Shown here: in pieces, positions 34,482 to 34,551 of the stretch
How the letters are laid out: each line of letters opens with the position of its first letter
Numbering within the stretch: position 1 is the stretch's first letter
Origin: Candidatus Krumholzibacteriota bacterium
GTDB taxonomy: Bacteria; Krumholzibacteriota; Krumholzibacteriia; Krumholzibacteriales; Krumholzibacteriaceae
Length of the DNA stretch: 34,551 bases
Assembly (NCBI GenBank): GCA_030613345.1
Contig: JAUWMD010000001.1
Span: 1 to 34,551 of the forward strand
Reading direction: 5' to 3'
Made by a program: the position numbers and the translations under genes
Notes under the pieces: model-generated
The model's input: the letters and a program-made list of their open reading frames with translations, nothing else
Told to the model about the DNA's origin: nothing
Databases searched by the model: none

Positions 34482-34511
34482 ATGACATGGACTGGGTGAT
34501 TGTGATATAAT
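34482..34511 (+). promoter_or_regulatory. Near-consensus promoter (ATGACA-N18-TGaTATAAT) for a plus-strand gene starting beyond the right edge
   Basis: ATGACA at 34482-34487, an 18-nt spacer ending in TGA, a perfect TATAAT at 34506-34511. It is followed by the inverted repeat TGACA-TGG-TGTCA (34517-34529) and GGAGGGG (34540-34546) at the window end. Confidence 0.45.
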
Positions 34512-34551
34512 GGCACTGACATGGTGTCAATGAATCGTTGGAGGGGAATCA

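Noticed and set aside
1-34551. Search for CRISPR arrays, tandem or interspersed repeats, IS elements, integrases, retron or DGR-type repeat pairs, and toxin-antitoxin or defence genes
   Set aside because: I found none by eye. The only internal similarities are between paralogous domains: the two AAA+ EBPs, the two GlgC-family genes and the receiver domains.

Overview
A 34.5-kb, moderately GC-rich bacterial chromosomal segment. It is tightly packed and almost entirely transcribed on the minus strand. Only mltD, tRNA-Leu and a gene starting just past the right edge are on the plus strand.

Content is mostly housekeeping. From left to right:
- topA (edge-truncated, absent from the ORF track), smg and secA
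- an operon of a TPR protein, a J-domain/TPR protein and a membrane-anchored PQQ/BamB-like beta-propeller protein
- slt
- guaA, purH, purC and purN behind a structured leader
- comEC
- a GAF-GGDEF cyclase
- the mltD lipoprotein
- two tandem ADP-glucose pyrophosphorylase paralogues
- a PorV/PorQ-like outer-membrane barrel
- a REC-GAF-PAS histidine kinase followed by two sigma54 enhancer-binding proteins, one with a degenerate receiver
- a single-domain PilZ protein
- a 31-aa bS22-like ribosomal micro-protein, too short for the ORF track
- an IHF/HU protein
- a roughly 500-bp non-coding gap holding divergent promoters and several perfect hairpins
- a pterin-binding (MeTr-like) protein
- an alt-GlmU-like nucleotidyltransferase
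- tRNA-Ala(GGC) and tRNA-Leu(CAA)

I see no CRISPR array, transposase, integrase, phage genes or recognisable defence or toxin genes. bS22, PorV/PorQ, alt-GlmU and a long SecA together suggest an uncultivated FCB-superphylum-like lineage; this is inference.

I cannot point to a clear-cut novel multi-gene system. The best candidates for a second look are:
- the structured non-coding region at 31383-31690
- the TPR / J-domain / PQQ-propeller operon just upstream of secA
- the eight-cysteine insertion in SecA
- the kinase / double-EBP / PilZ cluster
- the unannotated bS22-like and ihf-leader micro-ORFs
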